64,000 nucleotides of DNA from Candidatus Omnitrophota bacterium (GCA_015232565.1 JADFZK010000008.1:2580-66579); one strand, 5' to 3'; counted from the stretch's first letter, positions 1 through 9,906 are shown. Numbers and translations are program-made. Notes: generated by a model not told the origin, from the sequence alone.

Positions 1-102
1 CTCAAAAATCCTGATAAAAGCAATTGTTGAAAAACTGGTCGGTCCGCAAAGGCGTAGAAAAGTTTTGCCCAGCGGGGCTGGTTCGGTTACTATACTGGGC
101 TT

Positions 103-1458
103 ATGATCAAAGTATCTTTTTTCACATTAGGATGTCGGCTCAATCAATCCGAAACTGCGGTTTTGGAAGGGGTTTTTCGCGACCAAGGGTTTATGGTGGT
201 GCCATTCGGCCGGCCGGCTGATATTGCGGTTATTAATTCGTGCACGGTCACTTCATCCGGTGATAGCGACGCGCGCCGAGCGGTCCGTAAGGCCGTGAGC
301 CTGAATGCTTTGGTGAGGGTGGCGGTTATAGGCTGTCAGGCGCAGATCCAGAAGGAAAAGATCCTGGCTTGGCCGAACGTGAACTGGGTAGTGGGGACGG
401 CTGGCAAAATGCGCCTGGCGGAGATCATTGGCCGGGATCAATCTGGCGGAAAGAGCGAACAAGTGGTTGTGCCGGTTATTCGCAGGAAGGCTTTTACCAT
501 GCCGCTTAGTAAGGTGTTGGCGGTGCATGATGCCGCGCGGACCCGGGCAAATATCAAGATCCAGGACGGGTGTGATAATTTTTGCGCCTATTGCGAGATC
601 CCTTTTGCGCGTGGCCGTTCCCGTTCCCGCGAATTCGCGGATGTGATTAAAGAGGCTGGCGCACTGGCCGGGGCGGGGTATAAAGAAGTGGTTATCACCG
701 GAGTTAATGTTGGCGATTATTCAGATGCAGGCAAGTCTCTTATTGATGTGGTAAAAGGCATCGAGAAGTTCCCGGGCATTGAACGGATACGGATTTCGTC
801 CATCGAACATACCAAGTTGCCATTGGACCTTATTGGCTTAATGCGGCCGCCGCATAAGTTGTGCAGGTTTTTGCATATTCCTGTTCAATCCGGATGTGAT
901 CGTACTTTGCGTAGAATGGGCCGGGCTTATTCTTGTTCGCAGGTGGCGCAATTGGTGCGGCAATTGACCTCGGAAATACCAGGGTTAATGCTGGGTACGG
1001 ATGTTATTGTGGGGTTCCCCGGCGAAACTGCGCAGGATTTCGAGGCTACCCGTGGTTTTCTGGAAAGTTTGCCGTTTCATTATTTTCATGTATTCAGTTA
1101 TTCAAGTCGGGCTCGGGCCCGCAGTCGGGTATTTAAGAACGCGGTGCCAGACTCGGTTATTAAGGCGCGTAGTGCAATATTGCGATCTTTAAGTAATGCC
1201 AAGCACAAGTTGTTTGTAGATAGTCTTTTAGGGACCGAACAGACGGTGCTCTTTGAGCAAAAGAAAAACGAGCATTGGATTGGACATACTGATAATTATG
1301 TTAAAATCAAGGTGTCTTCCGATAAGGATTTGAAGAATGTCCTGATGCCGGTAATCTTGCAAAGTATCGCTGGTGGAGCTGTTCTGGCAACTTCTAAATC
1401 GCGGCTAGTCAATGATGGATACTGTAGGCAGGATCAAAGATCATATTCTGGCACTTAA
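103..1458 (+). CDS. mtaB: Radical SAM methylthiotransferase, MtaB/MiaB family (tRNA t6A or i6A methylthiolation)
   Basis: 451 aa. N-terminal MTTase cysteine pattern (FFTLGCRLNQSE...INSCTVT). Radical SAM CxxxCxxC motif (CDNFCAYCEIP). C-terminal TRAM-like region. N-terminus resembles YqeV/MtaB more than MiaB or RimO. Confidence 0.75.
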   Translation: MIKVSFFTLGCRLNQSETAVLEGVFRDQGFMVVPFGRPADIAVINSCTVTSSGDSDARRAVRKAVSLNALVRVAVIGCQAQIQKEKILAWPNVNWVVGTAGKMRLAEIIGRDQSGGKSEQVVVPVIRRKAFTMPLSKVLAVHDAARTRANIKIQDGCDNFCAYCEIPFARGRSRSREFADVIKEAGALAGAGYKEVVITGVNVGDYSDAGKSLIDVVKGIEKFPGIERIRISSIEHTKLPLDLIGLMRPPHKLCRFLHIPVQSGCDRTLRRMGRAYSCSQVAQLVRQLTSEIPGLMLGTDVIVGFPGETAQDFEATRGFLESLPFHYFHVFSYSSRARARSRVFKNAVPDSVIKARSAILRSLSNAKHKLFVDSLLGTEQTVLFEQKKNEHWIGHTDNYVKIKVSSDKDLKNVLMPVILQSIAGGAVLATSKSRLVNDGYCRQDQRSYSGT

Positions 1459-2353
1459 TTCGGTGCGCTACGACGATGAGCCCGCCCTGGAATCTTTTTT
1501 GTCTGATGTTAAAAGCACCATTTTTTCCTGCTTCAGTGACCGCAGTCACTACATGACTTTTCTGGGATCCACGTGTTATCATCCGGTCGCCACTATTGTT
1601 CCCAAGGCGGAAGCCATCCTGGGTTGGGCCAGGACTAAAAAACAGTTAAGGGAATTGTTGCTGGTTATGCTGGCGGATGCGCAAGGCAGGCCAGCTTACA
1701 GATCCAGGGATGATTTAGCCAGGCATGGTTCGCTGAACGAGCTGGAAGAAGCGGAACGTATTGTGTCTCGGCACATTGGCGGCGGGCAGGCGGTGGCGGC
1801 TTTACCGAGGGTGCGTATTGATTTGCGGGACATTAATATTTTAAATGCTGAAGTTGAAAGTTATTTACTACGTGAAGATGGCGGATCAGACCAGCTTAAG
1901 AACGGGCCGATATTATTTTTTGCGGGACGGGATGAAGGCCTGAATAAAACGCTTTGTGATCGCCTGGAGCATGTTGAGGCCGAGATAGTGCAGATACCCT
2001 GGCTTTTTCATTCAGGCCGTGCGATCCAGGAACAATATGCCCTTCATGCGGATGTCCGGATGGCAGTGGTGGCGTTGGGAGAGGATTGTTGGCTGAGCTT
2101 ACAGGGGCGGAATAATCCGGCTGATGTTTCTTCGCCTTCCCCGGGGGTTTGTTTTGGCTTGGGCTATCTGGCGGGTTGTTTGGGCCGCGGCAGGCTGGCG
2201 GTATTCTACCGGGAAACGCCGGCTTTTCGGCGTCCTACGGACTTCTTTGAATTGTTTTATGTGCCGGTTGATAACAGTCGGGCTTGGGAATCTGAATTAG
2301 CCGCCAGGTTGAAACAGAACAATATTACTGTAAGGTCTGCGGGAGGTCTTTGA
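1412..2353 (+). CDS. Hypothetical protein (possible nucleotide-binding/TIR-like fold, unverified)
   Basis: 313-aa ORF overlapping the mtaB 3' end by 46 nt. The true start may be the internal Met near 1553. No recognisable catalytic motif. Product call is speculative. Confidence 0.4.
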   Translation: MMDTVGRIKDHILALNSVRYDDEPALESFLSDVKSTIFSCFSDRSHYMTFLGSTCYHPVATIVPKAEAILGWARTKKQLRELLLVMLADAQGRPAYRSRDDLARHGSLNELEEAERIVSRHIGGGQAVAALPRVRIDLRDINILNAEVESYLLREDGGSDQLKNGPILFFAGRDEGLNKTLCDRLEHVEAEIVQIPWLFHSGRAIQEQYALHADVRMAVVALGEDCWLSLQGRNNPADVSSPSPGVCFGLGYLAGCLGRGRLAVFYRETPAFRRPTDFFELFYVPVDNSRAWESELAARLKQNNITVRSAGGL

Positions 2354-2392
2354 TCCCGGGATCCCCATAATTCTTGCCAGAAGACTGTTGCC

Positions 2393-3817
2393 TTGTATAA
2401 TCCCCTGCATAGTTATTGGACATCGGCGGAAAGGTATTTCATGAGTAAAACTCTGGCGTTTTTATTAATCTTCTGCGGCTTACTGTTGGCATCGGCTTGT
2501 GGTCCGACGCTGGCCGGAGTAATCACTCCTTTGCCGGCGTTTACGGATACCGACCGGGTCCTTGTTCTGGCTCCGCATCCGGATGATGAAGGTATAGTTA
2601 ACGGGGGCATTATTCAGCAGGCCCTTAAGGCCGGGGCCCGGGTTAAGGTGGTCTTATTGACCAATGGGGAGAACAATGAGCTTTCGTTTATTGTGTATAA
2701 GAAACGTCCGGTCTTACGCCCCAAAGAATTGTTGGCCATGGGAGCAATGCGTTTTGGGGAAACCTTGAATGCGGTGAAAGTGCTGGGGTTGAGCCCGGAA
2801 GATATTACGGTCTTGGGGTATCCCGATTTTGGGACCATGGATATTTTCACCGAATATTGGGGCCCGGTCAAAAAGCCCTTTCGCAGTATGTTGTCCCGTC
2901 AACGTTATGTTCCTTTTAAAGAAGCGCGTTCGGTGGGCGCGCCTTATGTGGGGGAAAGTATTTTGCGGGATCTGGAAGGGATTGTGCTGGATTTCAAACC
3001 TACCAGGATCTTTGTTTCCCATCCGGCCGATACCAATCGCGATCATCGGGCTTTGTATCTTTTTACCAAGGTGGCTTTATGGGACCTGGAGGGGCAGGTT
3101 GATATGCCTTTGGTATTCCCTTATATTGTTCATGTAGTGGGCTGGCCAAAACCACGTGGTTATCATCCAGAGTTGGTCCTGGATGTGCCTCCCGGATTGG
3201 TAAAGAGTGATATCCAATGGTTTACTACACCTTTGGAAGGAACGGAGATCAAGCGCAAGCATGATGCCATTATGCAATATGTTTCGCAGGTAAAATGTGC
3301 ACCTCAATATTTGATTACATTTGACCGCAGTAATGAGATATTCGGTGATTATCCTTCGGTGCCGATCATCAAGCAAATGACTTCAGTTCCGGCCTGGCAA
3401 CGGGTGGGGGCTGGCGATGAAGGCCGCTCTACGAAGGTCAAGGGTAAGCCGGATCAGATAGCTTCGATATCTTACGCGCGGCAGGGCAATAATTTGCTGG
3501 TCAGGATGATCCTGAAGAATTCTTTCGATAAAGAACTGGGGGTGTCGCTTTTCTTGATGGGTTATCGCAAGGATGTCCCGTTCGGACAAATGCCGAAATT
3601 AAAACTTATTGTGGGTATTGACGGTTTTCATATCAAGAATGGCAAAAAGAACATTGCCTCGAAAGAGGTGCAATATATTTCCAAAGACCGGGAGCTGATG
3701 TTTACGATTCCTTTGTCTTTGTGTGGATCCCCGGAACGTATTCTAAGCACGGCTAAAACCTCCTTGTATGATCTGACCCTGGATGAGACCGCATGGCGCA
3801 TTCTTTTGTTGAAGTAA
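2393..3817 (+). CDS. Secreted PIG-L/LmbE-family N-acetylglucosaminyl deacetylase with long C-terminal extension
   Basis: N-terminal signal peptide/TM (LAFLLIFCGLLLASAC). Hallmark LmbE motif VLVLAPHPDDEGIVNGG. About 220 aa of extra C-terminal sequence with no recognised domain. Confidence 0.7.
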   Translation: MYNPLHSYWTSAERYFMSKTLAFLLIFCGLLLASACGPTLAGVITPLPAFTDTDRVLVLAPHPDDEGIVNGGIIQQALKAGARVKVVLLTNGENNELSFIVYKKRPVLRPKELLAMGAMRFGETLNAVKVLGLSPEDITVLGYPDFGTMDIFTEYWGPVKKPFRSMLSRQRYVPFKEARSVGAPYVGESILRDLEGIVLDFKPTRIFVSHPADTNRDHRALYLFTKVALWDLEGQVDMPLVFPYIVHVVGWPKPRGYHPELVLDVPPGLVKSDIQWFTTPLEGTEIKRKHDAIMQYVSQVKCAPQYLITFDRSNEIFGDYPSVPIIKQMTSVPAWQRVGAGDEGRSTKVKGKPDQIASISYARQGNNLLVRMILKNSFDKELGVSLFLMGYRKDVPFGQMPKLKLIVGIDGFHIKNGKKNIASKEVQYISKDRELMFTIPLSLCGSPERILSTAKTSLYDLTLDETAWRILLLK

Positions 3818-4461
3818 ACGAATTGCGGGTGCGGCCGTTCCTGTTGACTGATCGCTTGAGTGTAAGGCAAATTGCACTGAGTACGGCCATGTCGGGATCG
3901 GCATCGTCGGCTTTCTTTGATGGCGACGATTTTCTGGCCGATGCGCTTACGCTGTATTTCACTGACCATGAGCCCCAATCCTGTTTTGTGCTTGAACAGC
4001 AAGGCACCGTGGCCGGTTATATTCTGGGCGCATGTTCTACGCTTGTGATGGATGTTGTTTTCAGTCGCCAGATCCTGCTACCGTTGATCGGCAAGGCCTT
4101 GATTCAGGGATTGCTTTTACGAAGGAAGAATCTGGCTTTTTTGTATCAGGTTATGATGGCGGCGCTAAGCGGACGGCTATGGGCGCCGGATTTCTCCCGA
4201 GATTACCCGGCGACACTGCATATAAACATTGCGTTGGCGGTGCGTGGCCACGGTGCAGGCGCGCTTTTAATGCGGGCTTATCTTGAATATTTAAGCCAGC
4301 ATGGGGTTGTTGGAGTGCGGATGGCTACGATGTCCGAAGCGGCGGGGCGTTTCTTTGAACGACAGGGTTTTAAACTGCTTTATCGTTCAAGCCGGCCTTA
4401 TTTTCATCATATTCTTGGAGTAGATGTGCCATTGTTGATATATGGGAAACGGTTGCGGTAA
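3793..4461 (+). CDS. GNAT-family N-acetyltransferase
   Basis: C-terminal acetyl-CoA binding-like motif (HINIALAVRGHGAGALLMRAYLEYLSQHGVVGVRMATMSEAAGRFFERQGF). Confidence 0.6.
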   Translation: MAHSFVEVNELRVRPFLLTDRLSVRQIALSTAMSGSASSAFFDGDDFLADALTLYFTDHEPQSCFVLEQQGTVAGYILGACSTLVMDVVFSRQILLPLIGKALIQGLLLRRKNLAFLYQVMMAALSGRLWAPDFSRDYPATLHINIALAVRGHGAGALLMRAYLEYLSQHGVVGVRMATMSEAAGRFFERQGFKLLYRSSRPYFHHILGVDVPLLIYGKRLR

Positions 4462-4463
4462 AA

Positions 4464-4835
4464 ATGGCTACGCGCATTAAGAAAAAACGTTCGGCCAAAA
4501 AGAGTTCGCGGATCAAGGCGGTAAGAAAGCACAGTTTTACGCGGCAGGGCGATTTTAGGGTGTATGTTCTGGAATGTTGCGATGGCACATTCTATACCGG
4601 GCACACCAAAGATTTGCCTGCACGGATAAAGCTGCACCGCTCCGGTAAAGGTTCCCGTTATGTGCGTTCTCGTTTGCCGTTCAAGCTGGTTTACACTAAA
4701 AAGTATCGTTATTTCAAGGCGGCATTCGCCGAGGAATTTCGGGTGAAGGGGCTTACCAGGCTTCAGAAGAAAAGCCTGATCAGAAAGTACCGTTTGGATC
4801 GGCGAATTAAAAGGAGCTCGAATGGCAAAGAATAA
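4464..4835 (+). CDS. GIY-YIG nuclease superfamily protein (UPF0213/YhbQ-like)
   Basis: FRVYVLECCDGTFYTGHTKDLPARIKLHRSGKG matches the GIY-YIG core. Basic N-terminal tail. Confidence 0.7.
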   Translation: MATRIKKKRSAKKSSRIKAVRKHSFTRQGDFRVYVLECCDGTFYTGHTKDLPARIKLHRSGKGSRYVRSRLPFKLVYTKKYRYFKAAFAEEFRVKGLTRLQKKSLIRKYRLDRRIKRSSNGKE

Positions 4836-5637
4836 TGCTTTTGATTATTGCAAGATCGGCCCACATGCCAAGGTGAAACTGCATGATTGGGACCCGGCTA
4901 TTGATCGGGGATTTGACGGGAGCAAAGAAGACGCCGAAAAGGAACTGTCGGCTCTGACCAAAGAGCTTAATGCCTATCAGGAGTTGTTATACGCGGAGCA
5001 TAAGCACAAGATATTGGTGGTGCTTCAGGGCATTGATGCGTCTGGTAAAGACGGGGTGGTGCGTCATGTTTTTGGTGGTTTGAATCCCCAGGGTGTACGG
5101 GTGGTGAGTTTTAAGACTCCTTCTACCAAAGAGTTGGACCATGATTATCTTTGGCGCATACATCAGGAAGTTCCGGCCAAAGGCGAGATCGTGGTTTTTA
5201 ATCGCAGTCACTATGAAGATGTTTTGATCGTGCGGGTACATGGCCTGGTGGCCCGGGAGGTTTGGGAAAAGCGGTACGAGCATATGCGCGATTTTGAACG
5301 GATGCTGACTGATGAAGGCACCACGGTTTTGAAATTCTTTTTATGGATCGACCAGGAGGAACAGCAAAAACGTTTAAAGGAAAGACTGGCTCGTCCGGAA
5401 AAACGCTGGAAGCTGGCGGCTTCCGACCTGGCAGAACGGAAATTCTGGCCGGAATATATCAAGGCGTATGAGGATATGTTGAGCCGTACCAGTTCCGAGG
5501 ATGCTCCGTGGCATGTGATCCCGGCGAATAAAAAATGGTACCGTAATCTGGTGGTAGCCAGGATTATGCTGAATAAATTCAAGGAATTAAAGATGAGTTA
5601 TCCGGATCCTAAAGGCCTGGCTGATCTGGAAGTTTAA
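4822..5637 (+). CDS. ppk2: Polyphosphate kinase 2 (PPK2) family phosphotransferase
   Basis: Walker A variant ILVVLQGIDASGKDG and PPK2 lid region (YLWRIHQEVPAKGEIVVFNRSHYEDVL). Single-domain size (271 aa). Confidence 0.8.
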   Translation: MAKNNAFDYCKIGPHAKVKLHDWDPAIDRGFDGSKEDAEKELSALTKELNAYQELLYAEHKHKILVVLQGIDASGKDGVVRHVFGGLNPQGVRVVSFKTPSTKELDHDYLWRIHQEVPAKGEIVVFNRSHYEDVLIVRVHGLVAREVWEKRYEHMRDFERMLTDEGTTVLKFFLWIDQEEQQKRLKERLARPEKRWKLAASDLAERKFWPEYIKAYEDMLSRTSSEDAPWHVIPANKKWYRNLVVARIMLNKFKELKMSYPDPKGLADLEV

Positions 5638-5643
5638 TTTTTT

Positions 5644-6093
5644 ATGTGGAGAAAAATAAAAAGTGCCCTGCGTCAGTTCATCCTTACCAATAACGAGCCG
5701 GAAAGCATTGCGCTTGGGCTGGCGATCGGAGTTTTTGTTTGTGTCCTGCCTTTGTATGGTTTGCACACCTTACTAGTTGTCGTTTTTGCTTTGTTGATCC
5801 CGCGGGCGAATAAGATCGCCATATTGCTGGGAACTAATTTGTCATTGCCTCCGACAGTCCCGTTTATTACCTGGGCCGGCTATGAAATCGGTCGGTCACT
5901 TTTTTGGAATAGACGCTATCCACCTTTTGATATGGACTTTTTCAAACATTTCGACTGGAAGCGTTTGGCCGAGTTTTATTACCCTTTATTCGTGGGTAGT
6001 GTGATCCTGGGGCTTTTGGGTGGTATGGTGGTATATCTGGTGGCGGTAAATACTATTCGTTGGAAACGCAAGCTCAGAAAGGCTGATAGTTGA
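5644..6093 (+). CDS. DUF2062-family membrane protein
   Basis: 149 aa with three predicted TM helices. N-terminus (ESIALGLAIGVFVCVLPLYGLHTLL) is typical of DUF2062. Confidence 0.5.
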   Translation: MWRKIKSALRQFILTNNEPESIALGLAIGVFVCVLPLYGLHTLLVVVFALLIPRANKIAILLGTNLSLPPTVPFITWAGYEIGRSLFWNRRYPPFDMDFFKHFDWKRLAEFYYPLFVGSVILGLLGGMVVYLVAVNTIRWKRKLRKADS

Positions 6094-6094
6094 T

Positions 6095-6913
6095 ATGGTT
6101 AAAAAGAAAGCCGGTAAGAAAAAAGCGGCCCGTAAGGCGCCTGCTGCCTGGCATTTGCAGGTAGCATATTCTTTGGGGAAAGCGGCCCAGAAAGTTTCCC
6201 GCAAACTGGATTCGGTTAAAGGCACTGCGAAAAAACGTGTGACGAGCCGCAAAGGCCGTAAGGCCGCGACGCAGTTAAGCCTTTTCGATCCCGTGGCCGG
6301 CACGGCTAATGAACCGCTTTCGCCAGTGTTAAAAGAGATAAAGGCTATTGCTGATATCAGCGGATTGACAGCGGCAATTGAGGAAATGAATAAGATCAGC
6401 CTGAAACATTCCAAACACCCGGTTATGGCCCGCCTGGTGGCCAAGGTCAAGAGTTTGTCTGCAGTAGAACAGGAAGGCCTGTCCCGAAAATTCGTCGAGC
6501 GCCTTAATGCCAGCTTAAGTTTTAATAATGCCCTGTATTCATTGCCTTCCCAGGTTAAATTGTCTGAGGAAGACTGTCAGAAAATGTCGGCGGCTTTTAT
6601 TGAGTGTGTGGCGGAGACCTTGGAGGATATTGGCCTCTCCGAGGAGGATCGGGATATCTTTAAGAAGATGACCGGAGATATTGCCGAGCCGATCAATGAG
6701 TTGATGCAGTTTTACATGCACCCCAAGACTTTTGGGCAGAAGGTTAAGCGGCTCTGGAGGATGCAGAGGATAATTTTTCGGATGATCAAAATAATCAGGA
6801 TGACGAATGCATTAAACGGTCAGATGCCGATTGATCTTATGGGTATGCCAGGACAGAAAGCGCCGCCTTCGTCAAATTACTGGGTAAATAGTGCCGGAGA
6901 GACAAATTTGTGA
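6095..6913 (+). CDS. Hypothetical protein with lysine-rich, histone-H1-like N-terminal tail
   Basis: 272 aa. N-terminal 60 aa are about 35% K/R/A (MVKKKAGKKKAARKAPAA...). No recognised catalytic motif. Confidence 0.45.
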   Translation: MVKKKAGKKKAARKAPAAWHLQVAYSLGKAAQKVSRKLDSVKGTAKKRVTSRKGRKAATQLSLFDPVAGTANEPLSPVLKEIKAIADISGLTAAIEEMNKISLKHSKHPVMARLVAKVKSLSAVEQEGLSRKFVERLNASLSFNNALYSLPSQVKLSEEDCQKMSAAFIECVAETLEDIGLSEEDRDIFKKMTGDIAEPINELMQFYMHPKTFGQKVKRLWRMQRIIFRMIKIIRMTNALNGQMPIDLMGMPGQKAPPSSNYWVNSAGETNL

Positions 6914-7977
6914 TTAAGGAGCGGTCATCAGGTTTGTTGTGGATTAATTACATTCGTGCCATAGCGGCTTTCGGGGTGGTTTTGGTGCATGTAGCTGCGG
7001 ATGTTATTACCGAATGGGGGGCTATTCCGAACAGCCAATGGTGGAGTGCAAATATTTATGATTCTTTGGCGCGTGGTTGTGTGCCTATGTTCATTATGGT
7101 GAGTGGAGCCTTGCTTTTGCCTCATCAGGACAGTATGCGGGACTTTTTTCGCAAACGGGTCAACCGGGTTTTGGTGCCTTTTTTGACCTGGACGATCTTG
7201 TATTTGATCTGGAAAAAGGTTTTTTATAAACCTGATCTGGGATTGGCTCAGTCCTTTGGAATGGCGATCGACGGTGGGGTGTGGTTTCATTTGTGGTTCT
7301 TTTATGTTTTGGCGGGGATGTATCTGGTTACGCCGATATTCCGGATCTTCATAGCTCATGCCTCACGCGCTCAGGTGGGATACTTTATTTCTATCTGGTT
7401 TATCTTGGGGTCGTTTCTGCCTTTTCTGGACAAGCTGGTGCGTTTGCTGGGATGGCCGGGTTTTCAGCTGGATCTGTCGGTTGTGATTGCGCAGGGTTTT
7501 ATTGGCTATTTTATTCTGGGGGCTTTTTTAATTAAATACGCTCGCCCGGAATGGTTACGCTCGGCCGGTATTGTTTGGACCGGTTGTTTTATGATCTGTT
7601 TATTCGGGACGGGATGGTTAACGGCACGTTCGGGTTCTTTTAAGGAAACTTTTTATGATAATCTGGCGCCAAATATCGTGTTGTATTGTGCGTCATTTTT
7701 CGTGATGGCCAAATTTATATTAACGGCGGTGGAGGAGCGGTTGCCGTCAGATTGTAAGGCTTTTATCGTCTTATTGTCCAAGGCTAGTCTGGGGATCTAT
7801 CTTATTCATCCTATGATCATTGATGTTTTGGATAAAGGTCGGTTGGGCCTGGTTTTAAAATCAAATGAAGGACCAGCCTGGATCATGATCCCGGTTCTGG
7901 CTGGCGTGGTATATTTTGTTTCATTCTTCATTATTCGGGCAATTCAAGCGGTGCCATTTTTAAGGCGCATAGTCTGA
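6910..7977 (+). CDS. Acyltransferase family 3 (OafA/OatA-like) integral membrane O-acyltransferase
   Basis: 355 aa with about 10 TM helices. N-terminal WINYIRAIAAFGVVLVHV motif of acyltransferase_3. Confidence 0.7.
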   Translation: MIKERSSGLLWINYIRAIAAFGVVLVHVAADVITEWGAIPNSQWWSANIYDSLARGCVPMFIMVSGALLLPHQDSMRDFFRKRVNRVLVPFLTWTILYLIWKKVFYKPDLGLAQSFGMAIDGGVWFHLWFFYVLAGMYLVTPIFRIFIAHASRAQVGYFISIWFILGSFLPFLDKLVRLLGWPGFQLDLSVVIAQGFIGYFILGAFLIKYARPEWLRSAGIVWTGCFMICLFGTGWLTARSGSFKETFYDNLAPNIVLYCASFFVMAKFILTAVEERLPSDCKAFIVLLSKASLGIYLIHPMIIDVLDKGRLGLVLKSNEGPAWIMIPVLAGVVYFVSFFIIRAIQAVPFLRRIV

Positions 7978-8055
7978 TTGTAAGTTCTAAGTGGAAATAA
8001 CACTTGCCTTGCAAATTTCATTCTGATATATTTATCGCCACTTTGAGTTTTTCGT

Positions 8056-8131
8056 GGGCCTCTAGCTCATCTGGTAGAGCAAGTGACTCTTAATCACTGG
8101 GTGGCAAGTTCGAGTCTTGCGAGGCCCACCA
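8056..8131 (+). tRNA. tRNA-Lys (anticodon CTT)
   Basis: Cloverleaf folded by hand. Acceptor GGGCCTC/GAGGCCC, D-arm GCTC..GAGC, anticodon stem AGTGA/TCACT with loop CTCTTAA, T-arm CAAGTTCGAGTCTTG, encoded CCA. Confidence 0.85.
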
Positions 8132-8334
8132 AATTGTATCGAGAAAGCCTCTGGCATATACCTGGGGGCTTTTTTGTTTATTGAGACTATGTGCGGTTGG
8201 CTGTCACTGTAGGGGTACCGACAAGAAGTTAAGAAATAGTTTATTGGATGTGTTGTTTTTTGCTTGGCGGAAGTATCTCAATGAGTATCGGAAGATAGCA
8301 TTTGTTTGAGCATGTTATGATGGGGGTTTAAGAA

Positions 8335-8715
8335 ATGGCGAAATGTCCTGCTTGTTCCGCAGAGGTTTCATTGTTATATCAACTAATTGCACCGTTCTTC
8401 GGTACTTCTCTGTTTTGGAAGAATGCATTTAGTCTACGCCACGATACGATTGTGATTTGTAATCATTGCGGTCGAGAGTTAAGAGTGGCTAATCCTTTCG
8501 ACGTTATTGCTAATGTAACATTATTGTTAGGTTTCGTTGGCACTGCTTTTTTGTTGCTTTACCTTGATACGCATATATATCAATATTTGGATTTTTATAA
8601 TAAGAATAATAACTGGTCTATTTTGTTTATTGGTTTGCCATTCTTTTTGATAATGGGGATAGTCTGTAGCTTGGTTTGGGGATTTTGCATTCAGCTTAAG
8701 CTTTCTGACGAATAG
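8335..8715 (+). CDS. Small membrane protein with N-terminal zinc-ribbon (CPAC...CNHC), hypothetical
   Basis: 126 aa. Cys4 arrangement (CPACSAEV..x38..CNHCGREL) followed by two TM helices. Lies in a locally low-GC stretch (about 8180-8900) just 3' of tRNA-Lys. Confidence 0.4.
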   Translation: MAKCPACSAEVSLLYQLIAPFFGTSLFWKNAFSLRHDTIVICNHCGRELRVANPFDVIANVTLLLGFVGTAFLLLYLDTHIYQYLDFYNKNNNWSILFIGLPFFLIMGIVCSLVWGFCIQLKLSDE

Positions 8716-8918
8716 TGAGCATTCTTTTAATTGTTGCAGGCCGAAAGAATTGGGTGTAGGTTTTTTTCTTAAGAAAAAAAGCAACTTGAAAGAGGGCGCA
8801 TTGCTTTTTTAGTTGAAACGACAGCTGAAACACATTGATTTGGAATTCATTCTTGCCTGTTAATTCTTTCTGTTATAATCACCCTCCGAATTAATTACTT
8901 CACATAAAAAGGAGCTAT

Positions 8919-9839
8919 ATGTCTTCACCGACCATATTGTGGTCTATCTTTGGCGTGGCTGTGATCGCTATGCTTTTCATTGATTTCAAACTTTTTAGCG
9001 GTAAAGGCAAGTCGGTTGGTATTAAAGAGGCGCTTATTTGGAGCGGGGTCTGGGTCGGGGTGGCTTTACTGTTTAATGCCGGGATAATGTTTTTTGATAA
9101 AGAGCGAGCGGTTAATTTTCTGACCGGGTATTTGATCGAGCGCGCTTTGAGTATGGACAATATTTTCGTGTTCATTCTGATATTTAATTTCTTCCGGGTG
9201 CCGGCTATGAACCAGCAGGGGGTTCTTTTCTGGGGGATATTGCTGGCTTTGGTTCTGAGAGTGGTCTTTATTGGCGCGGGCGTTGTTTTGATCAATGCGT
9301 TCCATTGGACAATATATCTGCTGGGGGCGATGTTGCTTTTTGTCGGGATCAAAATGCTGTTTACCAAAGATGAAGAAAAGGATCTGTCCGAGAGCAAGAT
9401 CCTGAAGTTTATCAAGAAATTGTATCCGGTCACGAGTGAATATCATGGCAAGAAGTTCTTTATAAATAAGGATGGTGTGCGGTGGGCTACGCCGCTTTTT
9501 GTGGTTTTCGTGATGGTGGCGGCGATGGATGTGGTTTTTGCGGTCGATTCTATTCCGGCTATACTCGCGGTCACGACCGATCCTTTTGTGGTGTACACCT
9601 CGAATATCTTCGCTATCCTGGGGTTGCGGGCTTTGTATTCGGCAATAGCGGCGCTCACCGGGATGTTCCATTATTTGAACGTAGGGTTATGCGCAATATT
9701 GGTAATGATAGGCCTTAAGATGCTGGCGACGGATCTGGTACACATTCCGGTGGTGTGGACTTTGGTCCTGGTGGCATTAATATTGCTTTTATCGGTCGTG
9801 GTTTCAATTTTGTTTCCGAAGAAAGAAGTTCTTGCTTGA
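8919..9839 (+). CDS. TerC/Alx-family integral membrane protein
   Basis: 306 aa. Multi-TM. Conserved TerC motifs (YLIERALSMDNIFVFILIF and second repeat AVDSIPAILAVT). Confidence 0.75.
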   Translation: MSSPTILWSIFGVAVIAMLFIDFKLFSGKGKSVGIKEALIWSGVWVGVALLFNAGIMFFDKERAVNFLTGYLIERALSMDNIFVFILIFNFFRVPAMNQQGVLFWGILLALVLRVVFIGAGVVLINAFHWTIYLLGAMLLFVGIKMLFTKDEEKDLSESKILKFIKKLYPVTSEYHGKKFFINKDGVRWATPLFVVFVMVAAMDVVFAVDSIPAILAVTTDPFVVYTSNIFAILGLRALYSAIAALTGMFHYLNVGLCAILVMIGLKMLATDLVHIPVVWTLVLVALILLLSVVVSILFPKKEVLA

Positions 9840-9906
9840 ATATTTGGCCGGGATTTGATATAAAATTGGCCTTCGTTCAATCGGCTTAAAATCGAGGAGT
9901 TTTATA

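Noticed and set aside
24-221. 65-aa ORF at window start overlapping the mtaB start
   Set aside because: Overlaps the well-supported mtaB frame and has no motif. Likely spurious.
8140-8178. Possible terminator hairpin after tRNA-Lys
   Set aside because: Only about 5 bp of clean pairing (AAGCC/GGCTT) before the T-run. Too weak to call.
9066-9671. 201-aa His/Arg-rich minus-strand ORF inside terC
   Set aside because: Antisense to the well-supported TerC frame. Biased composition artefact.
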